A stretch of DNA of 62,938 nucleotides, from NCBI GenBank assembly GCA_029553545.1, contig JAKPKU010000237.1, positions 1-62,938 on the forward strand. Direction: 5' to 3'. Shown here one piece after another: positions 48,889-58,628 of this stretch. The position numbers were made by a program, and so were the translations under genes. The notes beneath the pieces are model-generated. The model worked only from the letters and a program-made list of their open reading frames with translations. It was not told where the DNA came from and searched no databases. Source of the DNA: Candidatus Cloacimonadota bacterium. Its GTDB lineage: Bacteria; Cloacimonadota; Cloacimonadia; Cloacimonadales; WRIO01. Numbering within the stretch: position 1 is the stretch's first letter; the number at the start of each line of letters is the position of its first letter.

Positions 48889-49874
48889 ACTCTTTTCATT
48901 TCTCTTTGTTTTCTTAAATGCTCCTGATAAGTTTTAGTGAAAATATGCCTTCTATCTGGCATTGCAAAAAAGAATAAATAATCTGTTTTATCAGGATTAA
49001 TGCAAGCGTCTATAGTTGATACTGCGGGCGAGCAAATCGGCGTAGGCGGCAACCCAAAGTGTTTGTATGTATTAAATGGTGTATCAGATTTTAAATCACT
49101 GTAATAAAGCTTCCCTTTTTTGATGCCATACTCTTCTAAATGATAGGTAGTAGTTGGATCAGCTTGTAACAGCATCTTTTTATTTAATCTATTTATATAA
49201 ACACTTGCAATGAGTGGTTTTTCATCATTAAATACAGCTTCTCTTTCAACAATTGAGGCAAGCTTTAGTATTCGATAAAACTGGGCTTTATTTTCAATAT
49301 TAATGTTTTTGGCATGTAGCCTTGCAAATAGGTTAAAAACCATTTTTTTTAGAATCTCTTCTTCTTGATTATTCTTGTTAAAGATATATGTGTCTGGATA
49401 TAAAAAACCTTCAAGGGTCGACGCTTTAAAACCTGTTATTTGGCGAGTAAATACTGAATCATTGACTAATTCTGTCATGCGCTCTAAAGAACCTAATTCA
49501 TGGCTATTTATCAGTCTTATAGTAGCATACATTGACAAGCCCTCAGGTATAGTTATCTGCTTTACTTCTATTTCTCCACTGATGATTTTTTCTATTGCAG
49601 TTTTGATAGATATTTTACCATTAAATAGATATGTACCTTTTTTTAGTTGCTTGTCACAATTCTTTATTCTTACAAGTATATTAAAAGCAAAGCTTGATTT
49701 TATGATTCCTTCCGTTTGTAGTTCTTCAGAAATACTACGTGCAGGTTGCCCGTTCCTAATAGTGAATAGTTTATTATCTACTTTAACTTGAATATTTATC
49801 ATTATCAAAAATACAGCAGTAATAAAGAGAAACAATAGAATAATTGATAAGATTAAAAAAGTGTATTTATTCAT
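48885..49874 (-). CDS. mltG: Endolytic transglycosylase MltG
   Basis: TIPEG, LEGFLYPDTY, LASIVERE, LQADPT and GLPPTPI motifs. Confidence 0.95.
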   Translation of the reverse strand: MNKYTFLILSIILLFLFITAVFLIMINIQVKVDNKLFTIRNGQPARSISEELQTEGIIKSSFAFNILVRIKNCDKQLKKGTYLFNGKISIKTAIEKIISGEIEVKQITIPEGLSMYATIRLINSHELGSLERMTELVNDSVFTRQITGFKASTLEGFLYPDTYIFNKNNQEEEILKKMVFNLFARLHAKNINIENKAQFYRILKLASIVEREAVFNDEKPLIASVYINRLNKKMLLQADPTTTYHLEEYGIKKGKLYYSDLKSDTPFNTYKHFGLPPTPICSPAVSTIDACINPDKTDYLFFFAMPDRRHIFTKTYQEHLRKQREMKRV

Positions 49875-50286
49875 TTACATTTACTTTCAAATAGCTCGTT
49901 AAAATAAGTGCAGCAGCGGTTTGATCTATTACTTTTTTACTATCTTTAATACTTAATCCTTTTTCAATTAGTATCTTTTTAGCATCTGATGTTGAGTATC
50001 TCTCATCCCACAAGATAATTGGGATATTTATACTTTCTGATAAGCTTTCATAAACCCTACGGACTTCTTGTGTTTTTTGAGTATCAAACCCAGCCACACT
50101 GATTGGCAAACCGAGTATTATTTTACCTACATTTTCTTTTTTTATTATTATATTGATTTCTTGAATCAGAGTGTCAATTCCGTTATTATTTAAAGTTAAA
50201 TATGGTTTTGCTATTATTCTAAGTGGATCACTTAAAGCTAAACCAATATTCTTTTCACCGTAGTCAACTGCTAATAATCTGTACAT
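49867..50286 (-). CDS. ruvX: YqgF/RuvX family nuclease
   Basis: AVDYGEKNIGLA, GLP, WDERYST and IDQTAA motifs. Confidence 0.94.
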   Translation of the reverse strand: MYRLLAVDYGEKNIGLALSDPLRIIAKPYLTLNNNGIDTLIQEINIIIKKENVGKIILGLPISVAGFDTQKTQEVRRVYESLSESINIPIILWDERYSTSDAKKILIEKGLSIKDSKKVIDQTAAALILTSYLKVNVNE

Positions 50287-50295
50287 AATCTAATT

Positions 50296-50865
50296 CTAAA
50301 CTATTGATTCATCTACCCAAATAGCAATTACCCAGCGTCCATCCTCTTGCTTTAAATAAAATCGTGCATATCCAATAGCAGTAATATCTGAGGAATAATT
50401 GTAATATAAATGCAAGTAAAAAGGACATAAAACAACCACCCAGTTTTCGTGTCCAATTTGATTATCATTTACCCAAGATGACTGTGGGGGTATTTCAAGT
50501 GTTAATAGAATATTGTCTGGTGAAGCAAAAGATCCATCGCTCGATCCCTTTGAAAAAAGATTAGTATGATATTCGACTTCTTGTTCAAAGCCCCACCAAT
50601 CAACGCCAACAGCACTGATATCAGAGTTCAAGATTTGAAATCTAAAAGACTTTGATAAGCAAGATTTATACAATTCTATATCTTTTTGATTATAAGCTAA
50701 AGTTAAATTTCTTAGCACATTATCTGGTGTTGTTGGTGGATAACCAAGTGTTTCTGGATTATTTTGTTTATTTTCAATTCCTGGGTTAAAGGGGTTTTCA
50801 CATGACAGAGTGAATAAAGCAATAAACAAAACTATTGCTGTAGTAATCTTATAGCGCAAATTCAT
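50296..50865 (-). CDS. Hypothetical lipoprotein (NTF2-like fold likely)
   Basis: Lipobox TLSC and TPDNVLRNL..AYN..Y...L...F.F. Distant paralog of the next gene. Confidence 0.7.
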   Translation of the reverse strand: MNLRYKITTAIVLFIALFTLSCENPFNPGIENKQNNPETLGYPPTTPDNVLRNLTLAYNQKDIELYKSCLSKSFRFQILNSDISAVGVDWWGFEQEVEYHTNLFSKGSSDGSFASPDNILLTLEIPPQSSWVNDNQIGHENWVVVLCPFYLHLYYNYSSDITAIGYARFYLKQEDGRWVIAIWVDESIV

Positions 50866-51427
50866 TCTTTATTCTCCCCCATGTCCAACTTGATGATAGT
50901 CGATAGTCATTCCACTCTTTTATAACCCAAAAACCATTATTATCTTTGATCATATATATTCTAAATTGCCCAGCAAAAACATGTGGTAATCCATTTATAT
51001 TATGTGGGATTGTTAACTCATAATTTCTATAAAACCATGCACGGTCAACTTGAATATTATCATTTTGTGAAGTTATTTTACTTAAAGTTAGTGCCATTGC
51101 TGAGTTTGCATTGATTCTTTGAAAAGCGTTGATTAACATTTCTGTTTCACTACTTTTATTCCATGAAACAGGTAATGAGAAGTCTGAGACATCTTGATTG
51201 TCGAAAAAGAAACTAAATCCATCAGCAAATAGGTTTTGATAATTATACACATTTTCTCTATAATTATATGAAAACAAGAGGTTTTCAAGTGTTTTTTCTG
51301 GTGTAATAGGGAAAGAATTCCACTCCGCTGGCTTATCAGGTTTTTCCGATTCTCTTGGTGTAAATACATCACAACCTGATAATGCTATAATACAAATAAA
51401 TAAAACTAAATATAATAACTTTTTCAT
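50849..51427 (-). CDS. Hypothetical lipoprotein (NTF2-like fold likely)
   Basis: Lipobox LSGC, TPEKTLENL..SYN..Y...F.F and W.IKEW.D. Confidence 0.7.
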   Translation of the reverse strand: MKKLLYLVLFICIIALSGCDVFTPRESEKPDKPAEWNSFPITPEKTLENLLFSYNYRENVYNYQNLFADGFSFFFDNQDVSDFSLPVSWNKSSETEMLINAFQRINANSAMALTLSKITSQNDNIQVDRAWFYRNYELTIPHNINGLPHVFAGQFRIYMIKDNNGFWVIKEWNDYRLSSSWTWGRIKNEFAL

Positions 51428-51618
51428 AATTCAAATATAGACTGAATGCAAAAAATGTCAAGAGTTTTTTGTAGATCTTTTTTATTCTGCATCTTCTCTG
51501 CCCTTCAAGTAGCATTTATATAATATACTCAGCCACATTATAATAACCAAAACCTGTTAATATTACAACATTATTTTATTGTTAAACTGAACTTTTTTCA
51601 TTTACCAAGATTATTAGA

Positions 51619-51887
51619 GGCTGTTGCATAGTATCCAAAATAGCCTATAAAAGAATAAAGTAGAATCAAAAATAAAAACATCACCCTCTACATATATAGG
51701 GTTTACAAAATGGGGTTTTTGATAAACTATTTTCACCTAAATCAGCAGATGCCTACTACGAGCTGATTTACAGATGATTTTTTTCATAGCAATTACTATC
51801 ATTAGTTGAAACAGGTCAATTACATTACATCTTTAGTTTTCAGTATTCTTCAATTCTGTAAACCTATATTATTCATTAATCAACATC
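51619..51887 (+). mobile_element. MITE-like ~270-bp repeat, copy C
   Basis: Starts GGCTGTTGCATA and shares the core AAATCAGCAGATGCCTACTACGAGC. The right end is degenerate (TAATCAACATC). Confidence 0.75.
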
Positions 51888-52034
51888 AAATCACTCAAAA
51901 ATATATAAACAATATATCTTTTTGTTATTATTTATTGTGCTTATTATTCTGTTTCTCTCTATTATTCAGCTATTATAGGTTTTTAATAAATTGGCACTTA
52001 AAATGCTATATTAAAGTATTACAAGGAGGGTAAA

Positions 52035-52763
52035 ATGGACAAGATATTCTTAATAACGATTGTGGTACTATTATTACTATTACCCATTTTAAATACAGAA
52101 GCAAAGTCAAATAACAGTAATACCAGCTTAACTGAATTAGATCTAAAATCTGTAAATAGTGTAGAGACTTCTATTGCATGTGCGATCTATTTAACCCAGG
52201 GTAAAACGCCAAGTATTAGCGTTAAAGGACAAGGTAAAGATAATTTAAACATCTATGTTAAAGGGAAAACACTCTATATTAAAAGCAAAGATGAAGGTTT
52301 TTCTTTAAAGCACATTTTTAAGAACAAAACTGCAGACTTGGTTATAACTATATGTTTAAAGGACATTAAAGGTATTAATGTAAAAGGGGCAGCGTCTATT
52401 GAGAATAGCACACCATTAGAGGGTAGCGATCTAAGTATTAGACTAAATGGTGTAGGAGCAATTGAGCTAACTGAGCTAAATTACAATAATATAAATGCCA
52501 AACTCGAAGGTACAGGCGCAATAGAACTCGAAGGCACAACTAATACTCTATATTTAAGTTTAAAAGGCGTAGGCAGTATTGAAACTGAAAACTTGAAAGC
52601 ATATTCTTGTAAAGCATTTAATTATGGTATTGGTGCAATAAGCCTCTATGCTGAAAACGAGTTAGAAGCAACTTTATCAGGTGTTGGCTCAATAGAATAT
52701 TATGGTAATCCAAAAGTAATAAAACACGTGAATGGTATAGGTACAATCGACAAAGCAAATTAA
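52035..52763 (+). CDS. DUF2807 / head GIN domain exported protein
   Basis: Signal peptide and repeated GxGxI beta-solenoid units ending Y.GNP. Confidence 0.85.
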   Translation: MDKIFLITIVVLLLLLPILNTEAKSNNSNTSLTELDLKSVNSVETSIACAIYLTQGKTPSISVKGQGKDNLNIYVKGKTLYIKSKDEGFSLKHIFKNKTADLVITICLKDIKGINVKGAASIENSTPLEGSDLSIRLNGVGAIELTELNYNNINAKLEGTGAIELEGTTNTLYLSLKGVGSIETENLKAYSCKAFNYGIGAISLYAENELEATLSGVGSIEYYGNPKVIKHVNGIGTIDKAN

Positions 52764-52764
52764 A

Positions 52765-54111
52765 TTATTGAAGCTTTAAATGACACAAGCTTTCAATATG
52801 CCATGTATGTGGGAACATATCGTAAGGGTGTATCACATCAATGCAATACCCTTTTGAAATAAACAAGTTTAAGTCGCGCACTTGAGTTGATGGATTGCAG
52901 CTCATATAGATAATCTCAGATATCTTCAAATCTGCAATTAGGTTAATTGTCTCTGTTTCCAATCCCTTACGAGGTGGATCAAAAACTATCAAGTCAATTT
53001 TATTATCTTTCACTACTTTTGGCAGAACGGCTTCTACCCCACCTTGAACAAACTCGATATTGTTAATATTATTGTACTTTGCATTATATTCTGCATTAAC
53101 TATTGCCTCAGAGTTTGATTCAATGCAAATGACTTTATTATGTCTTTTTGTTAAAATAAGCCCAATTGTGCCTGTGCCAGAGTATGCGTCAACTATTGTT
53201 TTATTTTCACCAGTAATGCTTAAAATGTGTTGATATATGGTAAAAGCTTGTTGATGATTCACTTGATAAAAAGCTTTATAATGTACTTGTAGTTTAAGAT
53301 CATCAATTAACTCATGAAGATATGCCCTTCCATAAAGCACTTTCTCCTCTCCTCCCAAAATAACATTACTCTTATCAGGCTGTATGTTTTGAATTATACC
53401 AACTACCATAGGAAATTTATCAGTTATCCTTTTAACAAGAAGCTTTGAAAAAGGCAGTTTTCTTGTCTTTGTAACAAGTATCAAAAGGACTTCGCTTGTG
53501 TCATGATTAGTTCTAATGCCAATGTGCCTTAAATTGCCACTGTGGCTATCTTCTTCATATATCTTAATATTAGTGTCTTTGACATAGTCTATTATTTCAT
53601 CAGCTATCATGTTAAACAAAAGAGGATGAAGCAAGCATTCTTTTTGTGGCTTTACATTATGCGAGCCTCGCTCAAACATCCCATAAGCTGGCACTCCATT
53701 AATCATACTTAAAGGCAAGAATGACTTATTTCTATAATGATATGCTTGCGGAGAAGGTTTAATGGGATGAACACATGCAGCACTATTTAAACTTTTATAA
53801 ATATCTTTTATAATAATGTCTTTTAATTCAAGTTGTTGTTGGTAATCGATATTGACCCAATTACACCCCCCACAGCGGTCGGATATACTGCATTTAATGT
53901 CTTTTCTTAGCGGAGATGGTTCAATGATCTTTGTTATTTGAGCAAAGGCGTTTTTCTTTTTGAAATATAAAACTTCAACATCGACGATATCATTGGGCAG
54001 GGCATTTTCTATAAAAACAGTAGTATCATTTGCATAAGCAATACCATAGCCTTGATGTATGCATTTTTCAACTTTAAGGCTTGTTAAATATTTTGTATTA
54101 TCAAGACTCAT
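52765..54111 (-). CDS. rlmD: 23S rRNA (uracil-C5)-methyltransferase
   Basis: TRAM domain, C..CGGC..C cluster, YRNK, FYQVN, DPPRKG, SCNP and DMFPHT. Confidence 0.94.
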   Translation of the reverse strand: MSLDNTKYLTSLKVEKCIHQGYGIAYANDTTVFIENALPNDIVDVEVLYFKKKNAFAQITKIIEPSPLRKDIKCSISDRCGGCNWVNIDYQQQLELKDIIIKDIYKSLNSAACVHPIKPSPQAYHYRNKSFLPLSMINGVPAYGMFERGSHNVKPQKECLLHPLLFNMIADEIIDYVKDTNIKIYEEDSHSGNLRHIGIRTNHDTSEVLLILVTKTRKLPFSKLLVKRITDKFPMVVGIIQNIQPDKSNVILGGEEKVLYGRAYLHELIDDLKLQVHYKAFYQVNHQQAFTIYQHILSITGENKTIVDAYSGTGTIGLILTKRHNKVICIESNSEAIVNAEYNAKYNNINNIEFVQGGVEAVLPKVVKDNKIDLIVFDPPRKGLETETINLIADLKISEIIYMSCNPSTQVRDLNLFISKGYCIDVIHPYDMFPHTWHIESLCHLKLQ

Positions 54112-54120
54112 TTAATCTGT

Positions 54121-54879
54121 TTATAATCTGCCGATTAATTGCATAAACTTGAGTTTCCATACCATATAAACTGCTTCATAGATAATCTTTTTAGACATCT
54201 TAGACTGACCGCTTCTTCTATCAGTAAATACAATTGGCATTTCATGAATATCAAATCTGTTTACCCATGCTCTAAAGTTTATTTCAATTTGAAATGAATA
54301 ACCATCAGCCATTATTTTTTCTAAGTTAATTTTCTTTAAAACATCAGAGCGTATACATTTAAACCCACCTGTTGGGTCTTTAATAGGCATACGAGTTATT
54401 ATTTGAACATACTTAGAAGCAAAATAGCTCAAAATTAGTCTTGATAGGGGCCAATTTACAACATTTATCCCACACACATATCTCGAACCGATAATAACAT
54501 CATGCTCTTCGGATAGTTTTACCATTTGGGGTATCATATTCGGATCATGTGAAAAGTCGGCATCCATTTGTATAATAGCATCATAATTATGTTTTAATGA
54601 ATACATAAAACCTTCAACATATGCCGTACCAAGCCCCATCTTACCTTTTCTTTTTAAAAGATGAATTCGACTATCTTCTTGCGACATCTCTTCGACTTTT
54701 GTTGCCGTATTATCAGGAGAATTATCATCGACTATTAATATATCTATGTCAATATCAGCTTGACTGTCAGAATCATGTGTATGTGCAAAAGGTATTCCTG
54801 TTTGTTGAAATACTGCTTTTATAATAGCTTCAATATTATCCATTTCATTGTATGTAGGTATTATCAAAAGGTATTTCAT
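54121..54879 (-). CDS. Polyprenol-phosphate mannose synthase (DPM1/Ppm1-like GT2)
   Basis: IPTYNE, DDNSPD, MDADFSH, GSRY, GYSFQIE and SKMS motifs. Confidence 0.9.
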   Translation of the reverse strand: MKYLLIIPTYNEMDNIEAIIKAVFQQTGIPFAHTHDSDSQADIDIDILIVDDNSPDNTATKVEEMSQEDSRIHLLKRKGKMGLGTAYVEGFMYSLKHNYDAIIQMDADFSHDPNMIPQMVKLSEEHDVIIGSRYVCGINVVNWPLSRLILSYFASKYVQIITRMPIKDPTGGFKCIRSDVLKKINLEKIMADGYSFQIEINFRAWVNRFDIHEMPIVFTDRRSGQSKMSKKIIYEAVYMVWKLKFMQLIGRL

Positions 54880-54882
54880 TTC

Positions 54883-55641
54883 TTACTCCTTTTTATCTTG
54901 GTTATTATCAAGTAATTGAGAGTCAGGAACAGGCTTTGAATATTTTGCTGGGCTCCCAATCCAAATTTCTTTTTCAGGCACGTCTTTTGAGACAAGCGAA
55001 GCACCAGCAACAAGGCAGTCCTCATTAAGGGTTTTACCTGGTAAGACTATCGATCCAACACCTATCCTGGCGCCTCTCTTCATTGTAATGCCTTTAAAGT
55101 GCTTAAATCTTTCTTTATCACGGCCCGCATAATTATCATTGCTTGTAGCAACACAGGGAGCAACAAAGCAATAATCTTCAACTGTTGAATATGCAGTCAA
55201 ATAGACATTTGTTTCAAGCTTATTTCTATTACCGATAGTACAATAATTCTCAATAGCCACACCACGACCAATGATATTATAGTCATGTATTTTAACATTT
55301 TCACGAATGGTAGCCATGTCAGCAATTAGATTATTATTTCCAATTTCACACTGAATATAGATTATTACATTTGCACCAATAAGGCAATTATCTCCTATGA
55401 TAGTAGGTGACCAATTGTTTTGATCTTTAAAAATACTACGAGGTGAAAACATAGGCTTTTTGCCAATTATTGTATTATCGTCGATTCTACAACCTGAGCC
55501 TATCTTTACATTATCGTGAATTACTACATTGCAACCCAAAACGCAATCTTCGCCAATTTCAACATTATCCATAATCACAATATTATGCCCTAAAATAGTA
55601 TTATCTCCAACTGATGCAGTTGGCGCTATATATTGGTTCAT
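54883..55641 (-). CDS. Hexapeptide-repeat N-acyltransferase (WbpD-like)
   Basis: Extensive [LIV]GxxxxI repeats, SND and W.GSPAK. Confidence 0.85.
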   Translation of the reverse strand: MNQYIAPTASVGDNTILGHNIVIMDNVEIGEDCVLGCNVVIHDNVKIGSGCRIDDNTIIGKKPMFSPRSIFKDQNNWSPTIIGDNCLIGANVIIYIQCEIGNNNLIADMATIRENVKIHDYNIIGRGVAIENYCTIGNRNKLETNVYLTAYSTVEDYCFVAPCVATSNDNYAGRDKERFKHFKGITMKRGARIGVGSIVLPGKTLNEDCLVAGASLVSKDVPEKEIWIGSPAKYSKPVPDSQLLDNNQDKKE

Positions 55642-55660
55642 TTATTCTCCCTAATGTTTA

Positions 55661-56590
55661 TCAATTAATCTTTTCTTTAATTGAAATATTCTTTTGTTTA
55701 TTATATTTACGGCTTTGATTTACAAGCAGCTCACCTATAAGCCCGATTGAGATAAATTGGACACCTACAACGAGTAATAGTACAGCAAAGAAAAGTATTG
55801 GACGATTAGACAGATATGTTAAATGAAGAACACGCATGATAAATAAATAAGCTGTTATAAAGAGTCCAATAGAAGACAAGACAGTACCAATACCGCCAAA
55901 GAGATACAAGGGGCTTCTGGAAAAATCAGTAACTAATTTTACTGTTAATAAGTCTAAATATCCCCTTAAATAGCGTTCAAAACCATATTTCGACTTACCA
56001 TATTTTCTGGCACGATGTTCTACACTTATTTCTTTAATTTTAAAGCCTTTTGCTTTTGCTAAAGCTGGTATATAGCGGTGCATTTCTCCATACACATCAA
56101 TCTCTTTAACAACCTCGTTTCGATAAGCTTTAAAACCACAATTATAATCATGAAGCTTCAAACCAAATGTCTTAGATGTCACAAAATTAAAAAGCTTAGA
56201 AGGTATTGTTTTAGAAATAGGATCATGTCTTTTTTGCTTCCATCCAGTGACTAAATCATAACCTTCATTAATTGCTTCGATAAATTTAGGTATTTCTTTT
56301 GGATTATCTTGCAGATCAGCATCCATTGTAAAGACTATATCGCCATCTGCTTCTTCAAAGCCTATTTGTAGGGCAGAAGACTTGCCGAAATTCTTACGTA
56401 AAGAAATGACACGTACACATGTGTCTTCAAGGGCAATCGCTCTCATAATCTCGAGTGTTTTATCAGTGCTGCCGTCGTCAATAAAGATTACTTCATAATC
56501 ATAACCTGAGATATGTTCTATTATTTCTTTATATAGAATTTTTATACTACTCTCTTCATTAAATGCTGGAATTATAAGCGATAACTTCAA
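55661..56590 (-). CDS. GT2 polyprenol-phosphate glycosyltransferase (ArnC/GtrB-like) with two C-terminal TMs
   Basis: IPAFNEE, DDGS, NFGK, MDADLQD, and two TM helices ending IGLIGEL. Confidence 0.9.
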   Translation of the reverse strand: MKLSLIIPAFNEESSIKILYKEIIEHISGYDYEVIFIDDGSTDKTLEIMRAIALEDTCVRVISLRKNFGKSSALQIGFEEADGDIVFTMDADLQDNPKEIPKFIEAINEGYDLVTGWKQKRHDPISKTIPSKLFNFVTSKTFGLKLHDYNCGFKAYRNEVVKEIDVYGEMHRYIPALAKAKGFKIKEISVEHRARKYGKSKYGFERYLRGYLDLLTVKLVTDFSRSPLYLFGGIGTVLSSIGLFITAYLFIMRVLHLTYLSNRPILFFAVLLLVVGVQFISIGLIGELLVNQSRKYNKQKNISIKEKIN

Positions 56591-56600
56591 TCTAAGACTC

Positions 56601-57248
56601 CTATTTAAACAAAATACGATAAATATTACTTGAAGATTCGATATTTTCTGGCAATAAAATATAAGTTAAAATCATAATCAATCCAGAAATAACTGGAATT
56701 CTAACATTATCATCGACTGGTATATTTATAAACTCTGCTATTGTTGCTCCTAAAGCGCCAGTAAAAGCAATGATTGGGTTAATATAGAATAAAGAAAATA
56801 CAAATGTACTTAAAAAGCAGGCGATAGACCCTTCAAGACTCTTACTCACAAATGTAAATTTACGTTTACCAAAAGTAATACCTATTAAAGCAGCAAATGT
56901 ATCGCCAATCGACAAGAAACATAGTGAGAGGAAGGCAATATCTGGTGGATAGAATGCAATACAGAAAATAGAAGAAGTAAGAAGAAATGATGCACCACTA
57001 AAATTATATATCTCATGTCGGCGTAGCATCACCCCAAATACAGTGTAGAAAACACGCTGAAAAGACTTATTTTCGAGTCTTAAGTACTCAATGATGATAG
57101 AAACAATAGCCAAAAAGAGTAATATTAATAGAGCTGTTTTTTTCTCAGAATCTAATACATAACGATAAAGCATAGGTATTAGAATTGAGCTAAAATGTAT
57201 GCTCTTACGCATCAATTCTTTTGTTTCTTTTGTCATACTACCAATCAA
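56601..57248 (-). CDS. Dolichol/phytol kinase family (SEC59/DGK1/VTE5) membrane protein
   Basis: RKSIH, GDTFAALIG..FG, KSLEGS and DDN motifs. Confidence 0.88.
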   Translation of the reverse strand: MIGSMTKETKELMRKSIHFSSILIPMLYRYVLDSEKKTALLILLFLAIVSIIIEYLRLENKSFQRVFYTVFGVMLRRHEIYNFSGASFLLTSSIFCIAFYPPDIAFLSLCFLSIGDTFAALIGITFGKRKFTFVSKSLEGSIACFLSTFVFSLFYINPIIAFTGALGATIAEFINIPVDDNVRIPVISGLIMILTYILLPENIESSSNIYRILFK

Positions 57249-58446
57249 ATTTAATCTTAGATGCTAAGAATGATGTTGCCATCTTTGCAACGAGCATCGG
57301 CTCTTCTTTTAATGCAACTTTAAACAGTGCATGCAGATTCAATTCATCTTGATTTATACTTTTAACAGCGCCAACAATACTATTAAACTTCTTGTCGCTC
57401 ATTTTAATAAATGATGATTTTACAGAATACATAAATCTTTGGTTTGCACCCAATACTTTATCCCAGCGTTTTTCATATTCGCTCATGAACTTTTTACTAA
57501 AATCATTAGCTTGCAATGCTTTTGTACATGTTTCACCACAAATTCGACCTGCAATCATTGCTTGAACTATCCCGCCGCCTGTAATTGGGTTTACCTGTCT
57601 TGCTGCATCGCCAACCAGCATTACATGATCTGCTACAAAATCAGTTCCATGTTTGGTAGGCACACCACCGCCAACTGTATAGCTCACAGAAGCATTAGGA
57701 AAGTTTTTTTCCATAAATTTATTTAAATAATATAAAGGTCCAATATTAGGCTTTGTTTCTATTCCACAAATACCTATTCCTATATTTGCTGAATATTCAG
57801 ACTTGGGAAATAACCAAAGATAGCCTCCAGGAGAGACTTCTCTACCAAAATAAAACCGGCACAATTCTGGGTTTATTTTAATATTGTTAACTGTGTATTG
57901 AACGCAAGTCTCCAAGTCTTCCAGTTTTATTGTAGTGTTTATACCTGCCCACTTGCCGACTTGTGATTCAATACCATCAGCACCAATAATAATCTTACAA
58001 TTCACAGAGTAATTCTTTCCAAGATATCTGTATTGTACACCAGATATTTCACCGTCATTGTTTTTTGTAAAGCCAATAGCATCAGCTTTTGTGAGGATTG
58101 TTGCACCTTTAGAACAGGCTAAATCTACTAATGCTCTATCAAAAATACGTCTTTCAAGCACATATCCGTCACCATTATTATACATTTCAACAAAATTACC
58201 ATCTGGTGAATGTAAAGATGCTCCCTTGATCATTGTACAAATCCACTGTTCATCTGGTTCAATAAAAGGAGAAATACCTGTAACAGACACTCCTTCTGCA
58301 CAACGCACAGGAATTCCGACTTCTCTATCTCTTTCCAGAATTAAAACTGATGCTCCATTTTCCGCAGCATATCGAGCAGTTACAGCACCAGCAGGACCTC
58401 CGCCGATAACAACAACATCATAATATGGGGCAATCTGCTTAATCAT
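57238..58446 (-). CDS. Geranylgeranyl reductase family flavoprotein (DGGGPL reductase-like)
   Basis: GGGPAG, PVRCAEG, GADG, PGGYLWLFP (YxWxFP) and GDAA..NPITGGGI motifs. Confidence 0.9.
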   Translation of the reverse strand: MIKQIAPYYDVVVIGGGPAGAVTARYAAENGASVLILERDREVGIPVRCAEGVSVTGISPFIEPDEQWICTMIKGASLHSPDGNFVEMYNNGDGYVLERRIFDRALVDLACSKGATILTKADAIGFTKNNDGEISGVQYRYLGKNYSVNCKIIIGADGIESQVGKWAGINTTIKLEDLETCVQYTVNNIKINPELCRFYFGREVSPGGYLWLFPKSEYSANIGIGICGIETKPNIGPLYYLNKFMEKNFPNASVSYTVGGGVPTKHGTDFVADHVMLVGDAARQVNPITGGGIVQAMIAGRICGETCTKALQANDFSKKFMSEYEKRWDKVLGANQRFMYSVKSSFIKMSDKKFNSIVGAVKSINQDELNLHALFKVALKEEPMLVAKMATSFLASKIKFDW

Positions 58447-58628
58447 TTCTCCTCCTCCTCAATAGCTTCAAATGGGCATACTTTTACACAATTTAGGCAT
58501 TTAATACATTTTTCATTATCAATATTTATTTCAAATTCTTTTACAACAATAGCACTTACATAGCATACGCTTACGCAAGTCCCACATACATCACACAAGG
58601 ACTTATTTACCTTCAAAACACCCTCCAT
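58443..58628 (-). CDS. 2[4Fe-4S] ferredoxin
   Basis: CDVCGTCVSVC and CIKCLNCVKVCP. Overlaps the GGR start. Confidence 0.9.
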   Translation of the reverse strand: MEGVLKVNKSLCDVCGTCVSVCYVSAIVVKEFEINIDNEKCIKCLNCVKVCPFEAIEEEEK

